Positions 1 through 9,952 of a stretch of DNA of 64,000 nt are shown piece after piece (position 1 is the first letter of the stretch; each line of letters starts with the position of its first letter). The position numbers were made by a program, and so were the translations under genes. The stretch spans positions 399 to 64,398 of the forward strand of contig DVGK01000112.1 in assembly GCA_018712785.1 (NCBI GenBank), read 5' to 3'. The DNA comes from Candidatus Choladousia intestinavium (GTDB taxonomy: Bacteria; Bacillota; Clostridia; Lachnospirales; Lachnospiraceae). The notes beneath the pieces were generated by a model. That model was not told where the DNA came from. It searched no databases and saw only the letters and a program-made list of their open reading frames with translations.

Positions 1-93
1 AGCATTGGAGATACAGTTAGAGTGATGGAGACAAGACCCCTTTCCAAAGACAAGAGATGGAGACTTGTTGAGATCGTAGAGAAAGTGAAATAA
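1..93 (+). CDS. rpsQ: 30S ribosomal protein S17, C-terminal fragment (5' end lies outside window)
   Basis: Frame 1 reads [30 protein letters not shown]-stop, an S17-type C-terminus. It sits directly upstream of rplN, as in S10-spc clusters. Confidence 0.8.
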   Translation, partial: SIGDTVRVMETRPLSKDKRWRLVEIVEKVK

Positions 94-111
94 TATAGGA
101 GGTATATCAGC

Positions 112-480
112 ATGGTACAGCAGGAAACCAGACTGAGAGTTGCTGATAACACCGGTGCAAAAGAGCTTCTTTGCATTCGCGTTATGGGCGGTTCCACTAG
201 AAGATATGCAGGGATTGGCGATATTATCATTGCTTCTGTTAAAGATGCAACACCAGGCGGTGTTGTTAAAAAGGGTGATGTTGTAAAGGCAGTTGTAGTA
301 CGTACCGCAAAAGGCGTTCGCCGTAAAGACGGCTCCTACATTCGTTTTGATGAGAACGCCGCAGTCATCATCCGTGACGATTTGAATCCGAGAGGAACAC
401 GTATTTTTGGACCAGTAGCCAGAGAGCTTCGTGAGAAACACTTTATGAAGATCGTTTCTTTAGCTCCGGAAGTATTATAA
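112..480 (+). CDS. rplN: 50S ribosomal protein L14
   Basis: [18 protein letters not shown]... is the canonical L14 N-terminus. AGGAGG SD upstream; operon position fits. Confidence 0.97.
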   Translation: MVQQETRLRVADNTGAKELLCIRVMGGSTRRYAGIGDIIIASVKDATPGGVVKKGDVVKAVVVRTAKGVRRKDGSYIRFDENAAVIIRDDLNPRGTRIFGPVARELREKHFMKIVSLAPEVL

Positions 481-494
481 GGAGGGCCAAAAGA

Positions 495-794
495 ATGAAC
501 AAAATTAAGAAAGGCGATACTGTAAAGGTAATTGCCGGTAAAGATAAAGACAAAGAAGGCAAGGTTCTGGCAGTAAAGGACGGCAAGGTTCTGGTAGAAG
601 GAATCAGCATGGTGACAAAGCACACCAAACCGTCTGCGGCCAACCAGCAGGGCGGCATCGTAAACAAAGAGTCTTATATCGACGTTTCCAATGTTATGTA
701 TCTGCATAAAGGAAAACCCACCCGTGTGGGATTCAAGATGGACGGCGATAAGAAGGTCCGCGTAGCCAAGGCTACCGGCGAAGTAATCGACTAA
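495..794 (+). CDS. rplX: 50S ribosomal protein L24
   Basis: [18 protein letters not shown]-like KOW motif; position between L14 and L5. Confidence 0.95.
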   Translation: MNKIKKGDTVKVIAGKDKDKEGKVLAVKDGKVLVEGISMVTKHTKPSAANQQGGIVNKESYIDVSNVMYLHKGKPTRVGFKMDGDKKVRVAKATGEVID

Positions 795-816
795 TTGAGA
801 GAGGAGGCCGCACAAG

Positions 817-1356
817 TTGAGTAGATTGAAAGAAATTTATAAGAATGAGATCGTAGACGCTATGATCAAAAAATTCGGATATAAGAATATCATGGAAGTT
901 CCGAAGCTTGACAAGGTCGTAATCAATATGGGCGTTGGCGAAGCGAAGGACAATGCAAAAGTTCTGGAATCTGCTGTAAAGGATATGGAAACCATTACAG
1001 GACAGAAGGCAGTTCTTACGAGAGCAAAGAATTCCGTGGCTAACTTTAAGATCAGAGAGGGTATGGCCATCGGCTGTAAGACCACTCTGCGGGGCGAGAA
1101 AATGTACGATTTCGTAGACCGTCTCATCAATCTGGCGCTTCCCCGTGTACGTGATTTCCGGGGAGTAAATCCCAACGCCTTCGACGGAAGAGGAAACTAC
1201 GCTCTTGGTATCAAAGAGCAGCTGATCTTCCCGGAGATCGAATATGATAAGATTGACAAGGTCAGAGGTATGGACGTAATTTTCGTAACTACTGCAAAGA
1301 CAGATGAAGAGGCACGGGAATTGCTGAGACTGTTCAACATGCCGTTTACGAGATAG
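817..1356 (+). CDS. rplE: 50S ribosomal protein L5 (TTG start)
   Basis: [12 protein letters not shown]...[15 protein letters not shown] is typical L5. GAGGAGG SD lies before the TTG. Confidence 0.95.
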   Translation: MSRLKEIYKNEIVDAMIKKFGYKNIMEVPKLDKVVINMGVGEAKDNAKVLESAVKDMETITGQKAVLTRAKNSVANFKIREGMAIGCKTTLRGEKMYDFVDRLINLALPRVRDFRGVNPNAFDGRGNYALGIKEQLIFPEIEYDKIDKVRGMDVIFVTTAKTDEEARELLRLFNMPFTR

Positions 1357-1373
1357 TATAGGAGGGAAATTTC

Positions 1374-1559
1374 ATGGCTAAAACAGCAATGAAAATTAAG
1401 CAGCAGCGCAAACAGAAATTTTCAACGAGAGAATACTCCCGCTGCAGAATCTGCGGCCGCCCGCATGCTTATCTGAGAAAATACGGTATCTGCCGTATCT
1501 GCTTCAGGGAACTGGCTTACAAGGGACAGATTCCCGGCGTGAAGAAAGCTTCCTGGTAA
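1374..1559 (+). CDS. rpsZ: 30S ribosomal protein S14 type Z (zinc-ribbon form, 61 aa)
   Basis: [23 protein letters not shown] carries CxxC...CxxC; the short 61-aa form sits between L5 and S8. Confidence 0.95.
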   Translation: MAKTAMKIKQQRKQKFSTREYSRCRICGRPHAYLRKYGICRICFRELAYKGQIPGVKKASW

Positions 1560-1620
1560 TCCGGGAATCACCAGCAAGAAATTTAACATGTAAAGTCTGA
1601 AGAATGAGGAGGAAACTTAC

Positions 1621-2022
1621 ATGACAATGAGCGATCCGATTGCAGATATGCTTACAAGAATCCGTAACGCGAATACTGCAAAGCATGATACAGTTGATGT
1701 ACCCGCATCCAAGATGAAAATTGCTATTGCAAACATTCTGGTGGATGAGGGATATATTAAGAAATATGATCTGGTTGACGACGGCGCATTCAAAACTATT
1801 CATATTACTCTGAAGTACGGCGTGGATAAGAATGAGAAAGTCATCACAGGATTAAAGAGAATTTCCAAGCCGGGCCTTCGTGTATACGCAGGCAAGGATA
1901 ATCTTCCCAAGGTTCTGGGAGGACTGGGCGTGGCAATCCTTTCCACAAACCAGGGCGTAATCACCGACAAGGAAGCAAGAAAGCTTCAGGTAGGCGGCGA
2001 AGTACTCGCCTTCGTATGGTGA
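1621..2022 (+). CDS. rpsH: 30S ribosomal protein S8
   Basis: [16 protein letters not shown]-terminus and [10 protein letters not shown]-terminus. Confidence 0.96.
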   Translation: MTMSDPIADMLTRIRNANTAKHDTVDVPASKMKIAIANILVDEGYIKKYDLVDDGAFKTIHITLKYGVDKNEKVITGLKRISKPGLRVYAGKDNLPKVLGGLGVAILSTNQGVITDKEARKLQVGGEVLAFVW

Positions 2023-2028
2023 CCGGAA

Positions 2029-2177
2029 GCACTTAGCGAATTCAAGCCGAAGGCGCAGAATGAGGTTAGTGCGAGGTCGTTGGCGAACCTTAACGAGCGC
2101 AAGCCGCAGGCGCAGCGGGAGTTTAGTTGAGCGAACATACCCGTATGGCACTTAGCGAATTCAAGCCGAAGGCGCAG
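2029..2177 (+). repeat. Perfect 30-nt direct repeat with a degenerate internal copy, inside the rpsH-rplF spacer
   Basis: GCACTTAGCGAATTCAAGCCGAAGGCGCAG occurs at 2029-2058 and 2148-2177. A degenerate internal copy is AAGCCGCAGGCGCAG at 2101-2115. CGTATGG precedes copy 2 (2142-2148) and also forms the last rpsH codons (2013-2019). Confidence 0.9.
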
Positions 2178-2243
2178 CAAATATACTGAAAACAGAGAAG
2201 GCGCCAGACCTTCTCCGAAAATTTAAGTAAGGAGGAAACAGGC

Positions 2244-2783
2244 ATGTCACGTATTGGTAGAATGCCCGTGGCAATCCCGGCAGGAGTAACTGTTGAGGTT
2301 GCGGAAGGTAACAAGGTTACCGTAAAAGGATCCAAGGGAACTCTTGAGAGAGTGCTTCCCAAAGAAATGGAAATTAAGGTAGAAGACGGTCATGTGGTTG
2401 TATCAAGACCGAATGACCTGAAGAAGATGAAATCTCTCCATGGACTTACCAGAACGCTGATTCAGAACATGGTAGTAGGAGTAAGCGAGGGTTATACAAA
2501 GACTCTGGAAGTAAACGGCGTAGGTTACAGAGCGGCTAAGGCTGGCAAGAAGCTGACCCTGTCTCTGGGATACTCACACCCGGTTGAGATGAATGATCCG
2601 GACGGAATCGAGACAAAGGTAGACGGAAATAAGATTCTGGTTTCTGGTATTGACAAAGAAAAGGTTGGTCAGTACGCGGCTGAGATCAGAGAGAAGAGAA
2701 AACCGGAACCGTATAAGGGCAAGGGTATCAAGTATGCGGATGAAGTGATCAGACGTAAGGTTGGTAAGACCGGTAAGAAATAA
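2244..2783 (+). CDS. rplF: 50S ribosomal protein L6
   Basis: [17 protein letters not shown]... is the canonical L6 start. AAGGAGG SD upstream. Confidence 0.96.
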   Translation: MSRIGRMPVAIPAGVTVEVAEGNKVTVKGSKGTLERVLPKEMEIKVEDGHVVVSRPNDLKKMKSLHGLTRTLIQNMVVGVSEGYTKTLEVNGVGYRAAKAGKKLTLSLGYSHPVEMNDPDGIETKVDGNKILVSGIDKEKVGQYAAEIREKRKPEPYKGKGIKYADEVIRRKVGKTGKK

Positions 2784-2800
2784 ATAAGGAGAGTGTGAAA

Positions 2801-3169
2801 ATGGTTAGTAAAGAATCAAGAACTAAAGTTCGTTTGAATAAGCACAGAAGAATCCGCAATCGTTTCAGCGGCACTGCCGAGAGACCGCGTCTGGCTGTGT
2901 TTAGAAGCAATAACCACATGTATGCTCAGATTATTGACGATACCGTTGGACATACTCTTGTTTCTGCCAGCACTCTTCAGAAGGATGTAAAGGCAGAGCT
3001 GGAGAAGACCAACAATGTGGATGCGGCAGCATATCTGGGAACTGTCATTGCCAAAAGAGCTCTGGAAAAAGGAATCAAGAGCGTGGTATTCGACAGAGGC
3101 GGCTTTATCTATCAGGGCAAAATCAAAGCGCTGGCTGACGCAGCCAGAGAAGCTGGACTGGAATTCTAA
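2801..3169 (+). CDS. rplR: 50S ribosomal protein L18
   Basis: [36 protein letters not shown] is typical L18. ATG 2801 is preferred over GTG 2795 because of AAGGAG spacing. Confidence 0.93.
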   Translation: MVSKESRTKVRLNKHRRIRNRFSGTAERPRLAVFRSNNHMYAQIIDDTVGHTLVSASTLQKDVKAELEKTNNVDAAAYLGTVIAKRALEKGIKSVVFDRGGFIYQGKIKALADAAREAGLEF

Positions 3170-3187
3170 AAAGGGAGGAAAAGACAC

Positions 3188-3697
3188 ATGAGACATGAAA
3201 TTATTGACCCAACTCAGTTTGAATTAACTGAAAAAGTAGTGTCAATTAAGCGTGTAACCAAGGTTGTTAAGGGTGGTCGTAACTTCCGTTTTTCAGCTTT
3301 GGTAGTAGTAGGTGATGGAAATGGCCATGTAGGAGCCGGTCTTGGAAAGGCAGCCGAAATTCCGGAAGCGATCCGCAAGGGAAAAGAAGATGCCATGAAG
3401 AAGCTGATTCATGTGGCTATGACAGAAACAGCAAGCGTACCGTATGACTTCATCGGAAAATTCGGAGGCGCATCTGTTCTTCTGAAATGGGCTCCTGAAG
3501 GTACAGGTATCATCGCCGGCGGTCCGGTGCGTAACGTGCTGGAACTGGCAGGCATCAAGAATATCCGTACAAAGTCCCTGGGCTCCAACAATAAGCAGAA
3601 CGTGGTTCTGGCTACGCTGGAAGCGCTGAGACAGATGAAAACACCGGAAGAGGTTGCAAGACTCCGCGGCAAATCTGTAGAAGAGATTCTGGGTTAG
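3188..3697 (+). CDS. rpsE: 30S ribosomal protein S5
   Basis: [33 protein letters not shown] motif. Confidence 0.96.
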   Translation: MRHEIIDPTQFELTEKVVSIKRVTKVVKGGRNFRFSALVVVGDGNGHVGAGLGKAAEIPEAIRKGKEDAMKKLIHVAMTETASVPYDFIGKFGGASVLLKWAPEGTGIIAGGPVRNVLELAGIKNIRTKSLGSNNKQNVVLATLEALRQMKTPEEVARLRGKSVEEILG

Positions 3698-3709
3698 GAG
3701 GTTTGAAAC

Positions 3710-3892
3710 ATGGCAGACAAATTAAAAATTACATTGGTGAAGTCACCCATCGGTGCGATTCCCAAGCATCGGGCAACTGTAAAGGCCCTTGGCCTTACAA
3801 AGATGCACAAAACAGTTGAGATGCCCAACAATGACGCTGTAAAAGGCATGATTGCTCAGGTTTCTCATATGGTAAAGGTAGAGGAAGTTTAA
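3710..3892 (+). CDS. rpmD: 50S ribosomal protein L30
   Basis: 60-aa protein with KITLVKSPIG...HRATVKALGL; sits between S5 and L15. Confidence 0.93.
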   Translation: MADKLKITLVKSPIGAIPKHRATVKALGLTKMHKTVEMPNNDAVKGMIAQVSHMVKVEEV

Positions 3893-3919
3893 GAAAGACT
3901 GAGATAAGGAGGTGTCATA

Positions 3920-4360
3920 ATGGATTTATCAAACTTAAAGCCTGCTGCTGGTTCTGTTCACAGCGATAATTTCAGAAGAGGCCGGGGCCATGCTTCAGGA
4001 AACGGAAAGACTGCAGGCAAGGGTCATAAGGGACAGAAAGCCCGTTCCGGAGCTCCCAGAATCGGTTTTGAAGGCGGACAGATGCCTTTATACAGACGTA
4101 TCCCCAAGAGAGGGTTTACCAACAGAAATTCCCTTGATATTGAAGCTATCAATGTCAGCGCGTTGGAAGTATTTGACAACGATGCGGAAGTGACCATTGA
4201 AGCTCTTCTTGAGAAGGGAATTATCAAGAGCCCCAAGGACGGTGTGAAAGTTCTGGGCAATGGGACTCTTACAAAGAAACTGAATGTGAAAGTAAATGCT
4301 TACAGTGAAGGTGCGAAGGCGAAAATCGAAGAGCTCGGTGGAAAAGCAGAGGTGATCTAA
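3920..4360 (+). CDS. rplO: 50S ribosomal protein L15
   Basis: L15-type G/R/K-rich N-terminus ([26 protein letters not shown]) followed by YRRIPKRGF. Confidence 0.95.
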   Translation: MDLSNLKPAAGSVHSDNFRRGRGHASGNGKTAGKGHKGQKARSGAPRIGFEGGQMPLYRRIPKRGFTNRNSLDIEAINVSALEVFDNDAEVTIEALLEKGIIKSPKDGVKVLGNGTLTKKLNVKVNAYSEGAKAKIEELGGKAEVI

Positions 4361-4361
4361 A

Positions 4362-5678
4362 ATGTTAGAGACACTGAAGAATGCGTTTCGAATTAAAGAA
4401 ATCCGCAAGAAATTGTTCTTCACCTTTTGTATGATAATCGTAATACGTTTCGGATCTCAGCTCCCGGTAGTAGGAGTGAACAGGGATTACTTCTCTCAGT
4501 GGTTTTCCCAGCAGTCGAATGACGCGTTCAGCTTCTTCTCAGCATTTACGGGAGGGTCTTTTGAGCGGATGTCTATTTTTGCTCTGAGCATTACGCCGTA
4601 TATTACTTCGTCTATTATTATCCAGCTTCTGACCATTGCCATTCCGGCTCTGGAGGAGATGCATAAGGACGGGGAAGAGGGAAGAAAGAAAATCAATAAA
4701 ATTACCCGTTACGTTACTGTGGCCCTTGCGCTGATCGAGAGTCTTGCCATGACCATCGGTTTTGGAAATTCAGGCCTGATTCCGGACATGAATTTCCTGA
4801 AGGGCTTTACCGTAGTGGTGGCCCTGACCGCAGGATCCACTCTTCTGATGTGGATTGGAGAGCGGATCACGGAAAACGGTGTGGGAAATGGTATATCCAT
4901 TGTCCTGATGGTAAACATTCTTTCCAGTATTCCTTCTGATATGGCAAATCTCTATGAGATGTTTATCAGCGGAAAGACCATCGCCTACGGTGTCCTGGCA
5001 GGGGTGATCATTATCGCGGTAATCCTTGCCACCGTAATTCTGGTTATTCTGCTGAACGGAGCTCAGCGGAAAATTCCGGTTCAGTACGCGAAGAAAATGC
5101 AGGGACGGAAAATGGTGGGCGGCCAGTCAACCTTCATTCCTCTGAAGGTCAATACGGCAGGCGTTATCCCTGTTATCTTTGCTTCCTCCCTGATGTCCAT
5201 TCCTCAGATTATTATCTCGTTCGGACAGATTGACGTGGGAGACGGAATCGGAGGCACCATTGTGGGAATGCTGAGCCAGAACAATTGGTTCAACTACAGA
5301 ACGCCCATTTATTCTGTGGGTTTGATTCTGTACATCGTCCTGATTATCTTTTTCGCATATTTCTACACTTCCATTACCTTTAATCCGATTGAAGTGGCGG
5401 ATAATATGAAAAAACAGGGCGGATTTATTCCTGGTATCCGTCCGGGCAAGCCTACTACAGATTATTTAAATAAGATCCTGAACTATATTATCTTCATTGG
5501 TGCGGCAGGATTGATTATTGTGGTTCTGGTGCCGATCTTCTTTAACGGTATGTTCGGCGCTTCCGTTTCATTCGGAGGAACTTCCATCATCATCGTGGTA
5601 GGTGTCATTCTTGAGACATTAAAACAAATTGAATCTCAGATGCTGGTACGTAACTACAAGGGATTCTTGACAGATTAA
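4362..5678 (+). CDS. secY: Preprotein translocase subunit SecY
   Basis: 438-aa polytopic protein with FALSITPYITSSIIIQLL and GERITENGVGNGISI motifs; operon position after rplO. Confidence 0.96.
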   Translation: MLETLKNAFRIKEIRKKLFFTFCMIIVIRFGSQLPVVGVNRDYFSQWFSQQSNDAFSFFSAFTGGSFERMSIFALSITPYITSSIIIQLLTIAIPALEEMHKDGEEGRKKINKITRYVTVALALIESLAMTIGFGNSGLIPDMNFLKGFTVVVALTAGSTLLMWIGERITENGVGNGISIVLMVNILSSIPSDMANLYEMFISGKTIAYGVLAGVIIIAVILATVILVILLNGAQRKIPVQYAKKMQGRKMVGGQSTFIPLKVNTAGVIPVIFASSLMSIPQIIISFGQIDVGDGIGGTIVGMLSQNNWFNYRTPIYSVGLILYIVLIIFFAYFYTSITFNPIEVADNMKKQGGFIPGIRPGKPTTDYLNKILNYIIFIGAAGLIIVVLVPIFFNGMFGASVSFGGTSIIIVVGVILETLKQIESQMLVRNYKGFLTD

Positions 5679-5834
5679 AGAGTGTACCTTACGGCGCTGC
5701 CTGCGGGCAGTGCCTGGGGTACACTAAAATGCTATCTTGGGGATGCCAAATGTATTGCCGGGACTGTTTTACATGCCGCTGGGATGGGAACAGCGGTTTT
5801 GTGGTTCTATATGAAAGAAAGGCGGTAATATAAT

Positions 5835-6491
5835 ATGAAGATAGTGATGCTTGGAGCACCTGGAGCAGGAAAGGGAACGCAGGCGAAGAGAATCGCCGCT
5901 CAGTATGGAATTCCCCATATCTCCACAGGAGATATTTTCCGTGCCAACATTAAAAACGGCACAGAGCTGGGAAAGAAAGCAAAGTCATTCATGGATCAGG
6001 GACTTCTGGTACCGGATGAGCTGACAGTGGATCTGGTCATCGACCGTCTGGGACAGGATGACTGCGAAAAAGGATATATTCTGGATGGCTTTCCTCGAAC
6101 CATTCCTCAGGCGGAGGCGCTGGATCAGGCTCTGGCAGAAAAAGGCGATAAAATGGATTACGCCGTGGATGTAGATGTGCCGGATGAAAATATTATCAGC
6201 AGAATGAGCGGTCGGAGAGCCTGTACGGGATGCGGGGCCACCTACCACATTGTCTATAATCCCTCCCAGAAGGGAGAGCTCTGTCAGGTCTGCGGAGAGA
6301 AGCTGATCCTCAGAGAGGATGACAAGCCGGAGACCGTTCAGAAACGGCTTTCCGTATACCATGAACAGACTCAGCCGCTGATCGAGTATTATAAAGGAAA
6401 AGGAATTTTAAAAACAGTGGACGGCACAAAGGACATGGACCGGGTATTTGAGGAGATCCTGGAAGTCCTGAAGCCAAAAACCCAGCAGTAA
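5835..6491 (+). CDS. adk: Adenylate kinase (zinc-lid type)
   Basis: MLGAPGAGKGTQA P-loop; CTGCG...CQVCG lid cysteines. Confidence 0.96.
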   Translation: MKIVMLGAPGAGKGTQAKRIAAQYGIPHISTGDIFRANIKNGTELGKKAKSFMDQGLLVPDELTVDLVIDRLGQDDCEKGYILDGFPRTIPQAEALDQALAEKGDKMDYAVDVDVPDENIISRMSGRRACTGCGATYHIVYNPSQKGELCQVCGEKLILREDDKPETVQKRLSVYHEQTQPLIEYYKGKGILKTVDGTKDMDRVFEEILEVLKPKTQQ

Positions 6492-6600
6492 GCTACGGGG
6501 GCATCAAATTTGCAGTTTATTCATTGGAAGGTTCTTTGATTTTTGATGGATGAACTGACGCAGAAGGTGAATAGATACAGAAAGGAAGTCTTGAATTCAG

Positions 6601-7356
6601 ATGTCAGTTACAATAAAGTCAGCGAGGGAAATTGATTTAATGCGTGAGGCAGGGAGACTGCTGGAGATTGTTCATAACCGTCTTGCCGAGGCGATTCGTC
6701 CCGGAATATCTACTTATGAACTGGATCAGCTGGGGGAGAAAACCATCCGTGATCTGGGATGTGTTCCGAACTTTTTACATTATAATGGATATCCGGCTTC
6801 CTTCTGTATATCTGTCAATGACGAGGTGGTTCACAGTATTCCTTCAAAAGAGAAGATTTTAAAAGAGGGAGACATTGTCAGTATAGACGCGGGGCTGATC
6901 TACCAGGGGATGCATTCAGATGCTGCCAGGACCTACGGAGTGGGACAGATTTCGGATGAGGCGAAAAAGCTGATGGAAGTAACCAGGGAGTCCTTCTTCA
7001 GAGGAATTCAGTTCGCGAAGCCCGGCCACAGACTTCATGAGATATCAGCGGCCATCGGAGACTACGCGGAATCCTTCGGCTACGGAGTGGTACGGGATCT
7101 GGTAGGCCACGGAATTGGAAAAGCCCTTCACGAGGATCCGCAGATTCCGAATTTCCGTCAGAAGAGCCGCGGAATCCGTCTGGTGCCCGGTATGACCCTG
7201 GCCATAGAGCCTATGATCAACGCGGGAAGAGCCGATGTGGAATGGCTGGACGATGACTGGACGGTAGTGACGGAGGATGGAAGTCTTTCGGCCCACTATG
7301 AGAATACGGTTCTGATTACAGAAGGAGAACCGGAGATCCTTACTTTGAGTAAGTAG
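6601..7356 (+). CDS. map: Type I methionine aminopeptidase
   Basis: IKSAREIDLMREAGRL, VHSIPS and HGIG motifs; follows adk as usual. Confidence 0.94.
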   Translation: MSVTIKSAREIDLMREAGRLLEIVHNRLAEAIRPGISTYELDQLGEKTIRDLGCVPNFLHYNGYPASFCISVNDEVVHSIPSKEKILKEGDIVSIDAGLIYQGMHSDAARTYGVGQISDEAKKLMEVTRESFFRGIQFAKPGHRLHEISAAIGDYAESFGYGVVRDLVGHGIGKALHEDPQIPNFRQKSRGIRLVPGMTLAIEPMINAGRADVEWLDDDWTVVTEDGSLSAHYENTVLITEGEPEILTLSK

Positions 7357-7368
7357 AAAGCTTCAGAT

Positions 7369-7653
7369 ATGGAGGCAGGAATGAGAACCTGGAGCAGCGA
7401 ATTGCTGGCTGTTTCAAAAGCCGGCCACGACAAGGGAAAGATATATCTGGCTTTGCCGGGGGAAGAAGGCTATTGCCTTCTGTGTGACGGAAAGACCAGA
7501 ACCCTGGAAAATCCGAAAAAGAAAAAGGAAAAACACGTGCAGGTTATCCGGCATCTTCCGGAAGGTCTTCTGGAACAGATGCGTTCGGTCTGCAGTGATG
7601 CCGATATAAGAAGAATTCTGAAAGAATATAAACAGTTACACAGCGAAGAGTGA
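7369..7653 (+). CDS. Small KOW-domain protein (conserved map-infA spacer gene of Clostridia), function unknown
   Basis: AGHDKGKIYLAL...CDGKTRTLENPKKKKEKH resembles L14e/KOW-like small proteins. The start could be 7381. Confidence 0.6.
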   Translation: MEAGMRTWSSELLAVSKAGHDKGKIYLALPGEEGYCLLCDGKTRTLENPKKKKEKHVQVIRHLPEGLLEQMRSVCSDADIRRILKEYKQLHSEE

Positions 7654-7671
7654 AAGTGTCAGGAGGTCTAT

Positions 7672-7890
7672 ATGTCAAAAGCAGATGTCATTGAAGTAGA
7701 GGGTACCGTTTTAGAAAAGCTTCCTAATGCCATGTTCCGGGTGGAGCTGGTAAACAAGCATGTGGTACTGGCTCATATCAGCGGAAAGCTCAGGATGAAT
7801 TTTATCCGTATTCTTCCCGGTGACAAAGTGACCATTGAGCTGTCGCCCTATGATCTGTCCAAGGGCAGAATTATTTGGCGTGATAAATAA
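7672..7890 (+). CDS. infA: Translation initiation factor IF-1
   Basis: [26 protein letters not shown]...GRIIWRDK is canonical IF-1. Confidence 0.97.
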   Translation: MSKADVIEVEGTVLEKLPNAMFRVELVNKHVVLAHISGKLRMNFIRILPGDKVTIELSPYDLSKGRIIWRDK

Positions 7891-7897
7891 AAATTGC

Positions 7898-7926
7898 TTG
7901 CAATTAACCTTTCCAGGTGGTATACT
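7898..7926 (+). promoter_or_regulatory. Candidate sigma-A promoter upstream of rpmJ
   Basis: TTGCAA (7898-7903), 17-nt spacer, TATACT (7921-7926). Sequence match only. Confidence 0.4.
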
Positions 7927-8010
7927 TGTAGGTGACTTTTTGTGGAGACACTATCTCTGTGTCTTTTTATGCCCAAAAAGCATATTTCAGAGAGGAAAGG
8001 AGGATTAACC

Positions 8011-8124
8011 ATGAAGGTTAGATCATCAGTAAAACCGATCTGTGAGAAGTGCAAAGTTATCAAGAGAAAAGGGAGCATTCGTATTATCTGCGAGAATCCC
8101 AAGCACAAACAGAGACAAGGTTAA
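8011..8124 (+). CDS. rpmJ: 50S ribosomal protein L36
   Basis: [37 protein letters not shown], 37 aa. GGAGG SD upstream; the listed ORF start at 7942 is an upstream extension. Confidence 0.95.
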   Translation: MKVRSSVKPICEKCKVIKRKGSIRIICENPKHKQRQG

Positions 8125-8465
8125 ACAAAAAAACGGCGGGAAGACAGGCGTATGCCTGTTATGACAATATAACGATGGAATAAATAAGACTTAACTCTTT
8201 TTATATAGATAATTCTGGATTTATTTCGTTGCGATATTGCTTTTAATACCATCACAGGATTTCAGGCAGTCCACGGTTCCGCGCGTAAAATACCGCTGTG
8301 CGCAGAAGCTGTATGCCGTGCAAGAGCGATCCTGGCTCATGGCTTAATGTGGTGGAAAGGCTGTATGAAAATGCGGCTGGGCAGCCATGCCTGCCCCAAT
8401 TAGAAACAATAAAAGCAGTCCTCATTTTGTGAGGCTGCAGTAAAAGAAAATGGAGGAACAAATAC

Positions 8466-8834
8466 ATGGCTCGTATTGCTGGTGTTGACTTACCAAGAGA
8501 AAAACGTGCAGAAATCGGCTTGACCTATATCTATGGTATAGGAAGAACAAGCGCAAATAAGATTCTTGCAGCAGCGAATGTAAATCCTGATACGCGCGTC
8601 AGAGATCTGACAGATGAGGAAGTTGCCAGAATCCGTGATATCATTGATGAGCATTACATGGTAGAGGGTGATCTCAGAAGAGATACTGCCTTAAATATCA
8701 AGAGACTTCAGGAAATCGGATGCTACAGAGGAATCCGTCATAGAAAAGGACTTCCGGTTCGCGGACAGAAGACCAAGACAAACGCCAGAACCAGAAAAGG
8801 CCCCAAGAGAACCGTAGCAAACAAGAAGAAATAA
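8466..8834 (+). CDS. rpsM: 30S ribosomal protein S13
   Basis: [14 protein letters not shown]...YIYGIG N-terminus. Confidence 0.97.
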   Translation: MARIAGVDLPREKRAEIGLTYIYGIGRTSANKILAAANVNPDTRVRDLTDEEVARIRDIIDEHYMVEGDLRRDTALNIKRLQEIGCYRGIRHRKGLPVRGQKTKTNARTRKGPKRTVANKKK

Positions 8835-8888
8835 CAGACTGTAAACTGGAAAATTATTTAGGAAGAAAGAAAGTAGGTTAGTTTAGAT

Positions 8889-9284
8889 ATGGCTAAGAAA
8901 GTTACAAAGAAAGTGACCAAAAAGCGCGTTAAGAAAAACGTTGAACGCGGACAGGCACATATCCAGTCATCCTTCAACAACACCATTGTGACTCTGACGG
9001 ATGCACAGGGAAACGCTCTGTCCTGGGCAAGTGCCGGCGGCCTTGGCTTCAGAGGTTCAAGGAAATCTACTCCGTATGCAGCACAGATGGCTGCTGAGAC
9101 TGCTACGAAGGCAGCTCTGGTTCATGGTCTGAAGACCGTAGACGTATTTGTAAAGGGACCGGGTTCAGGAAGAGAGGCAGCGATCCGTGCGCTCTCCGCT
9201 AACGGTCTTGAAGTAACCAGCATCCGGGACGTAACACCGGTGCCCCACAACGGATGTCGTCCGCCAAAACGCAGAAGAGTTTAA
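8889..9284 (+). CDS. rpsK: 30S ribosomal protein S11
   Basis: [15 protein letters not shown]...[18 protein letters not shown]. Confidence 0.97.
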   Translation: MAKKVTKKVTKKRVKKNVERGQAHIQSSFNNTIVTLTDAQGNALSWASAGGLGFRGSRKSTPYAAQMAAETATKAALVHGLKTVDVFVKGPGSGREAAIRALSANGLEVTSIRDVTPVPHNGCRPPKRRRV

Positions 9285-9302
9285 TCAGGGAGGTCTATAG
9301 AG

Positions 9303-9896
9303 ATGGCAGTAAACAGAGTTCCTGTTCTTAAAAGATGCAGATCACTGGGACTTGATCCCATTTATTTAGGAATTGATAAAAAATCCAACCGTCAGCTGAA
9401 GCGCTCCAACCGCAAGGTAAGCGAGTACGGACTGCAGCTGAGAGAGAAGCAGAAAGCAAAATTCATCTACGGCGTTCTGGAGAAGCCTTTCAGAAATTAT
9501 TACAAGAAGGCTGACCGTATGCCGGGTATGACAGGTACAAACCTGATGGTAATGCTTGAAACAAGACTGGACAACGTAATCTTCCGTCTTGGTTTCGCGA
9601 GAACAAGAAAAGAAGCAAGACAGATCGTGGATCACAAGCACGTTCTGGTAAACGGCAAGCAGGTAAATATTCCCTCTTATCTGGTTAAGGCCGGGGATAC
9701 CATTGAGATCAAGGAGAAGTGCAAAGGTTCTCAGAGATATAAAGATATCCTGGAAGTAACCGGCGGACGTCTGGTTCCTGAATGGCTTGAGGCAGATCAG
9801 GAAGCATTAAGAGGAACAGTGAAGGAGCTTCCCGCCCGTGAGGCGATTGATGTTCCGGTTAACGAAGTGCTTATCGTCGAGCTGTATTCAAAATAG
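9303..9896 (+). CDS. rpsD: 30S ribosomal protein S4
   Basis: Has the [12 protein letters not shown] and [12 protein letters not shown] motifs and the S4 domain. Confidence 0.96.
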   Translation: MAVNRVPVLKRCRSLGLDPIYLGIDKKSNRQLKRSNRKVSEYGLQLREKQKAKFIYGVLEKPFRNYYKKADRMPGMTGTNLMVMLETRLDNVIFRLGFARTRKEARQIVDHKHVLVNGKQVNIPSYLVKAGDTIEIKEKCKGSQRYKDILEVTGGRLVPEWLEADQEALRGTVKELPAREAIDVPVNEVLIVELYSK

Positions 9897-9952
9897 GCTT
9901 AATTTGTAATAATTAACCCTCAACAACAATAACCCAAAGGAGGGGCTAAATA

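Noticed and set aside
5679-5834. Nested GC-rich hairpin after secY (GTGTACC...GGTACAC with inner CGCTGCC/GGCAGTG), considered as a riboswitch or terminator before adk.
   Set aside because: It has no U tail, and adk is normally co-transcribed with secY. No known riboswitch consensus was recognised. It is probably an mRNA processing or stability hairpin, and the evidence is insufficient to call a feature.
7942-8010. Upstream extension of the rpmJ ORF ([13 protein letters not shown]...).
   Set aside because: L36 is a 37-aa protein. The ATG at 8011 has a GGAGG SD, and the extension covers a hairpin/terminator-like region after infA.
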